Source of the DNA: an uncultured Alphaproteobacteria bacterium
GTDB lineage: Bacteria > Electryoneota > RPQS01
Direction: 5' to 3'
DNA length: 64,000 nucleotides
Assembly: GCA_964370805.1 (NCBI GenBank)
Contig: CAYJKM010000002.1
Coordinates: 1,599 to 65,598, forward strand
Shown here: positions 47,035-56,631 of the stretch, piece after piece
Layout of the letters: each line of letters begins with the position of its first letter
How positions within the stretch are numbered: the first letter of the stretch is position 1
Notes under the pieces: model-generated
The model's database searches: none
The model's input: only the letters and a program-made list of their open reading frames with translations
Told to the model about the DNA's origin: nothing
Made by a program: the position numbers and the translations under genes

Positions 47035-49927
47035 GCGCATTCACAAGCGGTTTGCGGATTTGAAGCCGACTCAGGAGCCTGAGCCGGATTTTGTCGCGGC
47101 GCGTCGCATACTGCTGAGGGGCGATTCACCATCGCCGCCCGATGCCGCATTCCCCGTGCAGCACGACGAAAGAGGATGGTGGCGCATCCGCGAATGTGCG
47201 GTCGCCATGGATCCGGCTAATCCCGAAACGGAAGCCCTTGCGGGGTCGTGGTTGCCGGTGTTGGCGCAACGCGAGCGGCCGGTGACGTTGGCTCTGAGCC
47301 GCCTGTCGTCAGAATACGTACTTGCGGTAAGTGAATCACCGCACGGTGAAGCAACGCGTCTGGCTTTGGAAAGCGCGTATCCCGGCATCGTGCTCGCGCC
47401 GTGGTCACCGCCACGCTTGAGCGGCGGCGCGTGGGGGCGGATAACCGGAATTCCGGCCGCCGATCACAAACCCGCTCAACTGCCGCTCAACCGAATCCTT
47501 GACAGCTCATTATCCGTTGATTTTGTGCTGTGGGTGCAGCTCGTGCCGCTGTCGTCAGGCGAGATGGTGTCGCTGGTCGAGCAGCTTAAGCGCGCGGAAG
47601 CGCTGGCCCGCCGTTACGCGTCCGGAACGCTAACGATCTCGCAGCAACAAGCGAGTCTGCGGAGTGTGAGCGAGCAGCGCGATCAGGCGAACGCCGAAGC
47701 GGCGCTGTTTCTTGATCAGGTCACGCGTGCCTTGAAACGCATGCAAAATGGACTGGCAACGGGTTTGTGGCGTTGGAGCGGAGTGCTCTGGGCGCCGACC
47801 CGTTCACTTTGTGATCAACTGGGTGGTTTATGCCGCGGACTCTGGGGAAGCACAACGTCGGAAGGCGAAACCGTGGAATACGCTCCCATACGGCTTGCAT
47901 CTTCCACCGTGAGCACCGGCAGTATCGTGCAGATCCCTGCAAGCCAATCCGTCGGCGATACCCCGTCCATTCAGTCCATTGTCACGTCGGACGAATTGCG
48001 AAGCGTGAGCCACCTGCCCACTCGCGACGCCCCCGGTTACACAACATATCCGCTGGTACGCTTTGCTACGGCTGTGATGAGTGTACCCGCCGGAGCGGCA
48101 GCTGTAAACGTGGGAACGGTGCTGGACATCTCGCGGGAGACCGGACTCTCCTGGTCACTGACGTTAAGCGCCCTGACGCACCATTGTTTTGTCACCGGCA
48201 CCACCGGCTCGGGCAAAAGCAATACCTGCCGTTATCTACTCGAGCAGCTGCATGCTCATGGCATTCCGTTTTGGGTACTGGAGCCGGCCAAACGCGAGTA
48301 TCGCAGCCTGCTCAAGCACCGCGCACTGCGCGACCGCGTGCGAGTCTACACGCCGGGCAACGAGCGGGTTGCCCCGTTGCGCTTGAATCTGTTTCAGCCT
48401 CCGGCCGGCACGCTGCTGTCTGAGTGGATTGGCGGCTTGAAAACAGTCATTTCGAGCAGTTTTGCTTTGTATGGATCTATGCCGCAATTGCTCGAACGGT
48501 CGCTGTACCAAGCCTATGAGGAGCAGGGGTGGAATACGGCGCGCGACGTGGTCTCGGCGAAAGAGTCGCGTGCGTTTCCGACATTGACGTCCTTCGTTGC
48601 CACTCTGACGACGGTCATAGATGAAGCCGGGTATGGCCGCGAACTTTCGGCCGACTTTCACGGCGCGCTTACCACGCGCATCCGAAGCTTGACATTAGGC
48701 AGTACCGGGGCGATGCTTAACTCAACGGTTCGCTGTGACGTGCGCGAGCTGCTGTGCTATCCCACGATCTTTGAATTCGCATCGGTCACGAACGATCAGG
48801 AGCTGTCGCTGCTGATGGGGGTGTTGCTGTTAAATCTCGCCGCCGTGCGACGCAGCGACGGGTCAAGCGCAAACCTGAAGCACCTGCTCGTATTGGAGGA
48901 AGCGCATCGCCTGTTGCCGGCATTGGGGCCGCTTGCCGAGACCAGCGAAGTGGCGCAAACGCGAAGCCAGGCCGTCAACCTGTTCGTGAATATGCTTGCC
49001 GAGCTGCGTGCATCAGGGCAGGGCTTTGTTCTGGCCGATCAATCGCCGGAGAAAATCGTCAGCGACGCTTTGAAGAACACTGGCACCAAGATCGTCCATC
49101 GTTTGCCGGATCTTCCTGACCGGAACGCAGTCGGCAATACCATGGCGCTTACGGCTATCCAGAAAACCGCGCTGGCGCGACTGAACAAAGGGGCGGCGGT
49201 TGTTTATACGGAAGGCCCCACTCCGGCCGCGCTGGTGCATGTACCGCTGATGCTAACGCTGCCGCCTGTGACGGATGAAGAGATCCGCAAGAGCATGGCT
49301 CCGCATCTGCTCGTGGAGCAGACCGCTTCTGCCGGCCCGGCCTTGTCAGCGAAGATCACAACGCCCGAACGACCGGAACAAAGCGAGACGGGATTGTTTC
49401 GCGGCGTGGAGTTGCTGCGCTGCTTGCTTTCCGGCAAGACCCCTGATGACCTGCAGCCGGATCAAGTCCGTCAGTACGTCGCCGACCGCGCTGCATTTTT
49501 GCGGATCGAAACGGGGGAAGCTGATCGGCTTCAACATCTGCTCTTGGATGCCGCTGATCGAACATTGACAAATGACCAGAACAGGCGGGCCTGGGAGCAG
49601 TTTGCGGCCGACATGTCCCGGCTGATGCTGGCGAAGCGCCACGAGCAAACCCGCTGCGCGGATTGCCCGTCGCATGTTTGCTATGGCGCAGAGACGGAAG
49701 GCATGATGGCTTCCGTAGCCTGGTGGCAAGCCCTGCGTCAATCGCTGGAGAGCGGCGATGCCGCCGCTCTGCGCGAATTCTCGACGGCAGTTGCGCATCA
49801 TCCGGACATGACCATGGATTCATCGACGGAACCTGTGCGCAGCGCACTCGTGCGGTGTCTGGGCATCCGCGTGCTCGCGGAGTTTGACTTTGCCGAACCA
49901 TGGGCCACATTCAACCGGTTAGGATAG
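47018..49927 (+). CDS. HerA/FtsK-superfamily P-loop ATPase (DUF87-like) with long N- and C-terminal extensions
   Basis: 969 aa. Walker A in the HerA-typical context HHCFVTGTTGSGKSNTC, then WVLEPAKREYRSL (HerA DPHGEY-like). Walker B HLLVLEEAHRLLP, and IVHRLPD (Arg-finger-like). Confidence 0.65.
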   Translation: MAREPERIHKRFADLKPTQEPEPDFVAARRILLRGDSPSPPDAAFPVQHDERGWWRIRECAVAMDPANPETEALAGSWLPVLAQRERPVTLALSRLSSEYVLAVSESPHGEATRLALESAYPGIVLAPWSPPRLSGGAWGRITGIPAADHKPAQLPLNRILDSSLSVDFVLWVQLVPLSSGEMVSLVEQLKRAEALARRYASGTLTISQQQASLRSVSEQRDQANAEAALFLDQVTRALKRMQNGLATGLWRWSGVLWAPTRSLCDQLGGLCRGLWGSTTSEGETVEYAPIRLASSTVSTGSIVQIPASQSVGDTPSIQSIVTSDELRSVSHLPTRDAPGYTTYPLVRFATAVMSVPAGAAAVNVGTVLDISRETGLSWSLTLSALTHHCFVTGTTGSGKSNTCRYLLEQLHAHGIPFWVLEPAKREYRSLLKHRALRDRVRVYTPGNERVAPLRLNLFQPPAGTLLSEWIGGLKTVISSSFALYGSMPQLLERSLYQAYEEQGWNTARDVVSAKESRAFPTLTSFVATLTTVIDEAGYGRELSADFHGALTTRIRSLTLGSTGAMLNSTVRCDVRELLCYPTIFEFASVTNDQELSLLMGVLLLNLAAVRRSDGSSANLKHLLVLEEAHRLLPALGPLAETSEVAQTRSQAVNLFVNMLAELRASGQGFVLADQSPEKIVSDALKNTGTKIVHRLPDLPDRNAVGNTMALTAIQKTALARLNKGAAVVYTEGPTPAALVHVPLMLTLPPVTDEEIRKSMAPHLLVEQTASAGPALSAKITTPERPEQSETGLFRGVELLRCLLSGKTPDDLQPDQVRQYVADRAAFLRIETGEADRLQHLLLDAADRTLTNDQNRRAWEQFAADMSRLMLAKRHEQTRCADCPSHVCYGAETEGMMASVAWWQALRQSLESGDAAALREFSTAVAHHPDMTMDSSTEPVRSALVRCLGIRVLAEFDFAEPWATFNRLG

Positions 49928-49931
49928 TGAT

Positions 49932-50774
49932 ATGATTCGAAAAGATCTGCCGGAGTCTCGCGTTGAGCGAGAAGGGCAAGCCGTTGAACGCCGGGAGACC
50001 GAACGACCGGAACACTCGCTGCAAACGGAAAAACGTCATGTGGAGCAGCGCCTGCGCCTCTCTATGGCGGACGCCGTCGCGGATCGCCGCGGCCTTTCCC
50101 CGGCGGAGCGCGGAATGCTGCGCTCCGATGCCCTGCGTACCCGGAACCGTCCGCGCGAAGGAGCCTGGCAGCCGGATCAGCAGAAAGTGGATTGGCATGA
50201 CTTCCGCGATGAAGAACGGGCGATGGGCGAGGTAACCGATTTCCTGCATCAGGAAGATGCTTTTAAGCGGGAGAATTGGGTCAAAGCGTCTCCGCTCGAA
50301 CGCGAACTGGCATTGAACCGCTTGAACCAGACCTGCGAGCGCGCGCACCGCGTGGCAGGGCCGATTGACGTGCGCGGAAAAGATCTTGCTGAAGGCGGTG
50401 GTTTGATCGAGCGCGGCAACTTCGACCCGGAAGAATGGGGGACTGAGGTAAACCGCAAATTGCTCAGGGAAGATGATCCGCGCGCCGCGATTGAAGTCAC
50501 GCTGCACGAGTTTCGCCATTCGATGCACGAAACGGCGTATCAGCGCGGGCTTCGCCCGCCCTACAGCGACGGCACGGACGTGCTTCCGAACTCGGCCAAA
50601 TCGGAAGCCGTGCGCCGTAATCTGGAGACGGGCTATGTGGATCCGGTGCGGGCGGATGCGGATCCCACCGGTCAATCGTGGCAGCATTATGAGGGACAAC
50701 CTTCCGAACAGGACGCCCGCGCTTACGCTCGCCGCGTCATGCAGGAATGGCAATCGCGAGGTTTTGAAGCGTGA
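49932..50774 (+). CDS. HExxH-motif (zincin-like?) hypothetical protein, Arg/Glu-rich
   Basis: 280 aa with LHEFRHSMHE. Starts 5 nt after the HerA-like stop. The antisense 340-aa ORF over the same region is Arg-rich low complexity and was rejected. Confidence 0.4.
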   Translation: MIRKDLPESRVEREGQAVERRETERPEHSLQTEKRHVEQRLRLSMADAVADRRGLSPAERGMLRSDALRTRNRPREGAWQPDQQKVDWHDFRDEERAMGEVTDFLHQEDAFKRENWVKASPLERELALNRLNQTCERAHRVAGPIDVRGKDLAEGGGLIERGNFDPEEWGTEVNRKLLREDDPRAAIEVTLHEFRHSMHETAYQRGLRPPYSDGTDVLPNSAKSEAVRRNLETGYVDPVRADADPTGQSWQHYEGQPSEQDARAYARRVMQEWQSRGFEA

Positions 50775-51121
50775 GCGGCCTTGTGCGCGGTCCCTCGAAT
50801 TGCTTGGGCGCATTCTTCTTCGCGTTCGTGTGGCAAGTGGTCGCCGCCGTGTTTCACGGCTTGACTCGCGCCTATGTGATGGTACTGGAGTTGGCAACGG
50901 GGGTAGTGAACTGGCCGGCTTACGCAACATCATGGCTTAAGGTGCTGGGAGTCATGACCGGGATGGTTGCCTTTCTCGGCATGATTGCGCTCTGTTTGCA
51001 GCTCCTGGCGGCGGGAGTCAGTACACGCATCGAAGTACCGCTGGCGGCGTTCGGTTTGCAATTGGGAATGATTATCGTGCTCTTATTCGTGACGCGATTC
51101 TGCTTTCGGCGAATGATATGA
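50771..51121 (+). CDS. Small integral membrane protein (116 aa)
   Basis: Three predicted TM helices and a GTGA overlap upstream. Confidence 0.4.
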   Translation: MSGLVRGPSNCLGAFFFAFVWQVVAAVFHGLTRAYVMVLELATGVVNWPAYATSWLKVLGVMTGMVAFLGMIALCLQLLAAGVSTRIEVPLAAFGLQLGMIIVLLFVTRFCFRRMI

Positions 51122-51143
51122 AACTATTGTTGAAGGGTCTGGC

Positions 51144-52535
51144 ATGAGTTCAGAAGTCTCATTTGAGGTAGCCGTGCCGGCGGTTGTGGTCGCCGGAGTT
51201 GTTGTCGGCGGGACCTATGCCGCAATTGCGCTCGGCAGCGCCGTCAAGGAGGGATTGGATTGGATTTCTGACGGCATTGCCGACGAAATCAACAAGCAGC
51301 GCGAAGCCGAGTTAGCGCGACGGCGCGAGTTCGAACAGCACCGCGCAGCCTTGGGAGCGGCCGCGACGACCCACCAACAGGAACTCCGCGCGGCAGCCGG
51401 CACTCTTGCCGACGCGCAGAGTCCGGAACAGTCGGAAGCCGAAGCTCAGGCGGCGCGCGCCGAGTTGCAGCTGCTGCTTGTGGCGAACACTCATGACCGC
51501 TCGCGGCTCCAAACCGAATTGCAGGAGATCTTGGCGGCCATGCGCGGCGCAGCGACACTCGATAGTACCCTGCGGCCCCGGCTGCAACGGCTGCGCGACC
51601 AAATTGAGCAGGCCGTTGCCTCCCCGCGCTCCGGCGCCGCTGGATCGTCATCCCCGGACCTTCGGCTCTTTGCGGCGAGACTGAGGGAATTGCTCGAAAC
51701 TAGTCCGCTGGCCAAACTTGCGGAGATTCACGTCGCTTGTACGAGCGCTCTGGCCGCTGTCAAGAGCCTGGAAGAACTGGCGGCCAAGGAACCGCAGCTG
51801 GCTCACCAGCAATTGATTGCTCTGGAACACCGCGTGTCTGATCTGTTCAAGCAGGCCCACAAGCGCGAACGGGAACGCGCGGCAACGCGCGCGCGGAATC
51901 ATGAGGAAGCATTGGTTATCCGGGCGGTGGCATTGGCCGTGCTTCGGATGAGCCCGGTGGAATCGTTGCGGACAGAAGCGCGCACGCTGCTTGAGCAGCT
52001 TGAGGATGACCTGCGACGCGGCGCCGCGAGTCTTGCCCACCGGAGCAAACAAGCCGCGGAACTCGAGCTCCGGCTGCGAAAAGCCATCCGCGAGCGCGAC
52101 GTCATTGCCGCGTTGCTGGAGTCAGCACGAGAGCTGGGATACGAAGCCACGGAGCTTCCGGCGGCCGAAGCTGTTCCCGCCTTTCTGGTACGGCTCAGTC
52201 AGGAAATCGGTGTGCACTACGCAGCAACCAAGGATGGTAAATTCACTGCGGAACTCGTGCACACGGTCAGCGCCGGTGCGAGCTCACACCCCGGGGAATT
52301 ATCGCCGGCGGCGGTGGAACAGCACGAACAGAAAGCTTGCGGTTTCGCCGATCTCGTCATCGCGAAGGCAAGACGCAGCGGTTACCAGATCAAGTCGCAA
52401 ACCCGGCGCAAGGCCAGATCCGGAAAGTTCCAGACGTTCGTCATGCCCGCGAGCGCACGCTTCCCGCATCGCGACGACGAAGAAGACAGCGGCCGGGAAC
52501 AACACGTGATGCGTAATCCGGGAGATGAATCATGA
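51144..52535 (+). CDS. N-terminally membrane-anchored coiled-coil protein, hypothetical
   Basis: 463 aa. N-terminal TM (VAVPAVVVAGVVVGGTYAAIALG), then Ala/Arg/Glu/Leu-rich heptad-like sequence. Confidence 0.4.
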   Translation: MSSEVSFEVAVPAVVVAGVVVGGTYAAIALGSAVKEGLDWISDGIADEINKQREAELARRREFEQHRAALGAAATTHQQELRAAAGTLADAQSPEQSEAEAQAARAELQLLLVANTHDRSRLQTELQEILAAMRGAATLDSTLRPRLQRLRDQIEQAVASPRSGAAGSSSPDLRLFAARLRELLETSPLAKLAEIHVACTSALAAVKSLEELAAKEPQLAHQQLIALEHRVSDLFKQAHKRERERAATRARNHEEALVIRAVALAVLRMSPVESLRTEARTLLEQLEDDLRRGAASLAHRSKQAAELELRLRKAIRERDVIAALLESARELGYEATELPAAEAVPAFLVRLSQEIGVHYAATKDGKFTAELVHTVSAGASSHPGELSPAAVEQHEQKACGFADLVIAKARRSGYQIKSQTRRKARSGKFQTFVMPASARFPHRDDEEDSGREQHVMRNPGDES

Positions 52536-54568
52536 GCACGACAGCGGAATACCGGGAGCCTTTCTGGGTGCGCGACATCATCCGGTCGTCTCCTTACACG
52601 AGCCAATATTACTTGTACGGCAACGTGCATGACCTGCAGCTGCTGCGTACGGAGCAGGACGGCGAAGCCCGCTGGCATGTCGGTTCGCTCGTGGACACGC
52701 TGATAAAAATCTGGAGTCATTGTCTTCCCGGCTACGGTCTGTTGGGAACCTATGATATTGTTGATGGCCTGCAATTCGAGGCGCAGGATCCACAGGACGG
52801 AAGCGGGAGCGGCAGCGCGAAGCCCAAGGACGCAGCAAATGCTTCATCCCAGTTGACGACGGGCCAATCGCTCTATGAACAGCTACTCAAAGGAACGTCC
52901 GGACGGGCCGAGAAGTTGGCCGCTGTGCCGCAGAACGCCGATGAAGTGGACCGAACCCTGATCCAGAGACTGGATGAATTTCGCCGCGTGTTTCGTAATC
53001 AAAGCGTTCCCTGCGCATTCTTCGTGCAGCATGCGTCGCAATGGACGTCGAACCCCAACGGCCCGCGCCCGGTGGAACGGCAGCATTTCGTACGCTTGCT
53101 GAAGATGTCGCGGGAAGCGCAGCAGGTGCGGATCAAAGTCGGCGAGCAGCATGTCACCCGCTACAATACGCTGGCGCTGGTCTGTGAGAAGATCACGGAT
53201 ATCCCGGCCTGGCTCTATCTGGGCAACCCCTATGTCCGCTGCATTGAAGTGGGATTGCCCACGCCGGATGACCGGCGGCAGTTCTTCCGCTTGCATAGCG
53301 CCGGCTGCCATTGGTTGCCCGAAGAGAGCGGGATCCGGTCGTATGCGCTCGAATTGGCGCTGGAAAAAGAACCGTCGTCTCCAGCCGTCGACAAGTACTC
53401 GAACATTCAAGAACGGTTTGTGGATCTGACGGATGGAATGCGACTGAAGGACCTGTTATCTCTGATCTATGTGTCGCGAAGCGATCAGATTCCGATCAGC
53501 AGCGCGGCGACGCTGATCGACCGATTCAAATACGGCGTGCGGCTCAGTCCGTGGGACAGTTTGAGTCCGGAGCGCGTGACGGAAATCGAAGCCAAGCTGC
53601 GCACCCGCGTGAAGGGCCAGGACGCGGCCATTGCGAGCGTGATGGATATTATTGTGCGCGCCAAGGTGGGACTTTCCGGAGCGCAGCACTCGTCAGCCGC
53701 AAAACCGCGCGGCGTACTGTTCTTCGCCGGACCGACCGGCACGGGCAAAACCGAGATGGCCAAAGCCTTGGCGGAAGGTCTATTTGGGACGGAAGATGCC
53801 TGCATTCGCTTTGATATGAGCGAGTATTCCCAAAGTCACAGCGATCAGCGGCTCCTAGGCGCGCCGCCCGGGTACGTCGGCTACGAAGAAGGCGGCCAAT
53901 TGACCAATAAGGTCAAGCAGCACCCGTTTTGCGTGCTCCTGTTCGATGAAATCGAGAAGGCGCATCGTAACATCATGGACAAGTTTCTGCAGATTCTCGA
54001 AGATGGCCGGATGACCGATGGGAAAGGGGAGACGGTCTATTTTTCGGAGGCTGTGATCATCTTTACCTCCAACCGTGGTGCAGCCAACGTGGACCCGCGG
54101 CAGGAGAAAGATCCTTTGGCCGTGCGCTATAAGATCATGCAAGCTTTACGTTCGTACTTCAATGAAGAGCTGGGCCGGCCGGAGTTGCTGAATCGTTTTG
54201 GCAATAACTTTGTGATTTTCGACTTTGTACGGGCCCCGGTGATGGGATTGATTATTGACAAAGTGCTGCACAACATTACCACTCGAGTCCGTGAGAAACA
54301 CCATATCCTGCTGAGCTTCTCGGCTGAGGTCCGGCAATGGATGCTTGATCAGTGCGGCGAGAATGTCGAACAAGGCGGGCGCGGCGTGACGAATTTCGTC
54401 GAAACGGTATTGCTGAACCCGCTGGGCGAGTATCTGTTTCATCATCCGGTTCATGAAGGCTCTCATCTAATAGTCAATGATGTTACCATGGTCCAGCATG
54501 AGAACATGACCCGGTATCAGCTTGACATCTCGCCGGCGCCCGTGGATAATCAGGCCGTGTCCGCATGA
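52532..54568 (+). CDS. Clp/Hsp100 D2-type AAA+ ATPase with novel roughly 330-aa N-terminal domain
   Basis: 678 aa. The C-terminal half matches ClpA/B D2: GVLFFAGPTGTGKTEMAKALAEGLFG, IRFDMSEY, LLGAPPGYVGYEEGGQLT, VLLFDEIEKAH, FLQILEDGRMTDGKG.TV.F...VIIFTSN. There is no D1 or M-domain. Confidence 0.7.
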   Translation: MSTTAEYREPFWVRDIIRSSPYTSQYYLYGNVHDLQLLRTEQDGEARWHVGSLVDTLIKIWSHCLPGYGLLGTYDIVDGLQFEAQDPQDGSGSGSAKPKDAANASSQLTTGQSLYEQLLKGTSGRAEKLAAVPQNADEVDRTLIQRLDEFRRVFRNQSVPCAFFVQHASQWTSNPNGPRPVERQHFVRLLKMSREAQQVRIKVGEQHVTRYNTLALVCEKITDIPAWLYLGNPYVRCIEVGLPTPDDRRQFFRLHSAGCHWLPEESGIRSYALELALEKEPSSPAVDKYSNIQERFVDLTDGMRLKDLLSLIYVSRSDQIPISSAATLIDRFKYGVRLSPWDSLSPERVTEIEAKLRTRVKGQDAAIASVMDIIVRAKVGLSGAQHSSAAKPRGVLFFAGPTGTGKTEMAKALAEGLFGTEDACIRFDMSEYSQSHSDQRLLGAPPGYVGYEEGGQLTNKVKQHPFCVLLFDEIEKAHRNIMDKFLQILEDGRMTDGKGETVYFSEAVIIFTSNRGAANVDPRQEKDPLAVRYKIMQALRSYFNEELGRPELLNRFGNNFVIFDFVRAPVMGLIIDKVLHNITTRVREKHHILLSFSAEVRQWMLDQCGENVEQGGRGVTNFVETVLLNPLGEYLFHHPVHEGSHLIVNDVTMVQHENMTRYQLDISPAPVDNQAVSA

Positions 54569-55230
54569 AGTCGGCACGAATCGCGTGGGGCGGACTGGCG
54601 CGAAACGTCAAAGGGCTGGGCCCCGGCGAACGCACCGTTGTCTGGGTCGCCGGCTGCCGTCGGCGTTGTCCGCACTGCATGACGCCTGAACTCCTGCGTT
54701 TTCAGGAACCGAACATTGATGTGGCTGCAGTTGTCAAGTTGATCAGCGCGTCACCGGATTGGAACGGGCTGTTGAGCATATCCGGAGGCGAGCCCTTTGA
54801 GCAAGCGGCCTCACTGTACGAATTGCTCGCGGGCTTGCAGCACGTCGGACTGTCGGAAACGCTGATCTATAGCGGGTACACGCTTGAGCAATTGCAGCGG
54901 CTGGGTGGAGCACGCACCCGGCTGCTGGAGTTGACTGATATTCTGATTGACGGAGTGTACCGGCACGATCTGCCGCAAACCCTCCCTTGGCGGGGATCGG
55001 ACAATCAGCGCGTGCATCTGTTGTCGCCGCGCGTGCAAGGCTATCGCGCCTTCGCCGATACGCCCAGCGATGCCACGGTTCCGCTCGGCATTCAACCCAT
55101 CCCCGATGTAGGGTTCCGCTTGATCGGTATCCCGCGCCGCGACTTCTTCAAGCGTTGGCGCGATACGCTTACCGCCAACCAACTGACAACCGCAAATCAT
55201 GACAACAAGACATCCATTCATCCGCACTGA
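54565..55230 (+). CDS. NrdG/glycyl-radical-enzyme-activase-like small radical-SAM 4Fe-4S protein (orphan)
   Basis: 221 aa. GLGPGERTVVWVAGCRRRCPHCMTPE (the CxxxCxxC context typical of NrdG/PflA-type activases) plus ISGGEPF. ATGA overlap with the AAA+ gene. No glycyl-radical enzyme is nearby. Confidence 0.55.
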   Translation: MKSARIAWGGLARNVKGLGPGERTVVWVAGCRRRCPHCMTPELLRFQEPNIDVAAVVKLISASPDWNGLLSISGGEPFEQAASLYELLAGLQHVGLSETLIYSGYTLEQLQRLGGARTRLLELTDILIDGVYRHDLPQTLPWRGSDNQRVHLLSPRVQGYRAFADTPSDATVPLGIQPIPDVGFRLIGIPRRDFFKRWRDTLTANQLTTANHDNKTSIHPH

Positions 55231-55248
55231 GCGCGCGAGGCTCCATCA

Positions 55249-55752
55249 ATGACGGTACGCCTCGCCAAGAAATGCCCGCAATGCGATCAGGAAAACGTGG
55301 TCGACGCCAAAATCTGTTTTAAGTGTGCGGCGCCGCTCCACGGAGTGCGGGCTGTTGCGATTTCAGACGAGCCGCCCGTCTCAGCCAATACGCTGGCTGC
55401 GGCAGAACCGACTCCAGTCGTTGGAGTGACCCGCGTCGTGCAGAGCGACGATGGGTTCCTCGAGTCTTTTTCCGATCCAACCCTGCGTTTCCGGGTTTGG
55501 CACGGAGCGGTGGTCGGACGCGAACCCGCCGACGTGAATCTGACGAAAGCCCGGAATTCGGATACCATTTCACGGCGGCATGCCCGTTTTCTGCGGCGCG
55601 GCCCCGACTGGTTTATCTGTAATGAGCCGCACATCACCAATTTTACCGAGGTGAACGGCGAACGTGTTGAGGAAGCTGACGAACGTGGTTTGCAGGATGG
55701 AGACGAAGTCTCGCTGGGATTGTCGCGGTTTGTTTTTCGCGCAGGAGCTTAA
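55249..55752 (+). CDS. Zn-ribbon + FHA-domain protein
   Basis: 167 aa. CPQC...CFKC zinc ribbon, then an FHA signature (VVGREPADVNL...ISRRHARF...WFICNE.HITNFTEVNGERV). Confidence 0.7.
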   Translation: MTVRLAKKCPQCDQENVVDAKICFKCAAPLHGVRAVAISDEPPVSANTLAAAEPTPVVGVTRVVQSDDGFLESFSDPTLRFRVWHGAVVGREPADVNLTKARNSDTISRRHARFLRRGPDWFICNEPHITNFTEVNGERVEEADERGLQDGDEVSLGLSRFVFRAGA

Positions 55753-55754
55753 GC

Positions 55755-56615
55755 GTGGGCATGCACATTCTCGCCGCGGCGCAAAGCAATTCCGGCAAGG
55801 TACGTGACCGGAACGAGGATTGTTTTCTTCTGGGTCGGTACGTGGAGCGAGCCGCCGCGATGAGCTTTGGCTTGTCCACGCAGGGCGACGTCTTTCAACG
55901 CTACGGCTTCATCGCCGCGGTCGCCGATGGCGTCGGCGGAGAACAAGGCGGGGCCGAAGCCAGCCGCATCGCGCTGGATACGCTGAGTAGTCTCTATTAC
56001 AGCGAAACCCGCGACCAAGTGACGGAAGAGGAAAGCGCGTCACTGCTGGAGCGGCTGCTTGCGCAAACGCAGGATTTATTGGTCAAAACACTGGCACGCG
56101 ACAACAAACTTGAGCGCGCGGCTACAACCATTGCCGGGATTGCGATGCTGCCCTGCGGAGCATGCGTCGTTTATCATGCCGGAGACACACGCGTACTGCG
56201 ATTGGCGGCCGGTTTTATGGATGCGTTGACGAGAGACCACTCGGTGGCCGCAGCCGTGATTGAGAGCGGCCAACTGACGGAAGAGCAGGCGCTGGGACGC
56301 CCGGACGCCCGGCATCTGACGAGCGCGATGGGTTCCGGCGGACACTTTAACCCGGAGATTAATGCCCGCTCCCGCTTTGTGCCGGGGGACCGACTGCTGC
56401 TCTGCACGGATGGCATCTACACGTATTCCGGACCGTTGTCCAAAGAGACGCTGAAAGGCATCCTGCAGCGGCCGGTTTCGCCAACGGAAGTGGTTGCAGA
56501 GTTGATCGCGGCTGCGCATGACGTCAGCCGGGATAATTTGACGGCACTGGTGATTGATTTTGCCGAGAGTGAACGCGGCAACGCGTTACTCGTCAAGGGC
56601 ACCATAACTAAGTGA
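55755..56615 (+). CDS. PP2C-family Ser/Thr phosphatase
   Basis: 286 aa. GKVRDRNED, FIAAVADGVGGEQGG, and LLLCTDGI motifs. Confidence 0.75.
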   Translation: MGMHILAAAQSNSGKVRDRNEDCFLLGRYVERAAAMSFGLSTQGDVFQRYGFIAAVADGVGGEQGGAEASRIALDTLSSLYYSETRDQVTEEESASLLERLLAQTQDLLVKTLARDNKLERAATTIAGIAMLPCGACVVYHAGDTRVLRLAAGFMDALTRDHSVAAAVIESGQLTEEQALGRPDARHLTSAMGSGGHFNPEINARSRFVPGDRLLLCTDGIYTYSGPLSKETLKGILQRPVSPTEVVAELIAAAHDVSRDNLTALVIDFAESERGNALLVKGTITK

Positions 56616-56631
56616 ACGGGAAGGAGAACCC

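Noticed and set aside
49932-50774. Calling the HExxH protein a specific protease family (ImmA/IrrE, SprT or a polymorphic-toxin metallopeptidase)
   Set aside because: Only the HEFRH pentapeptide plus a nearby Glu is visible. There is no HTH partner and no second conserved motif I can verify by eye. It is kept as generic HExxH-motif protein.
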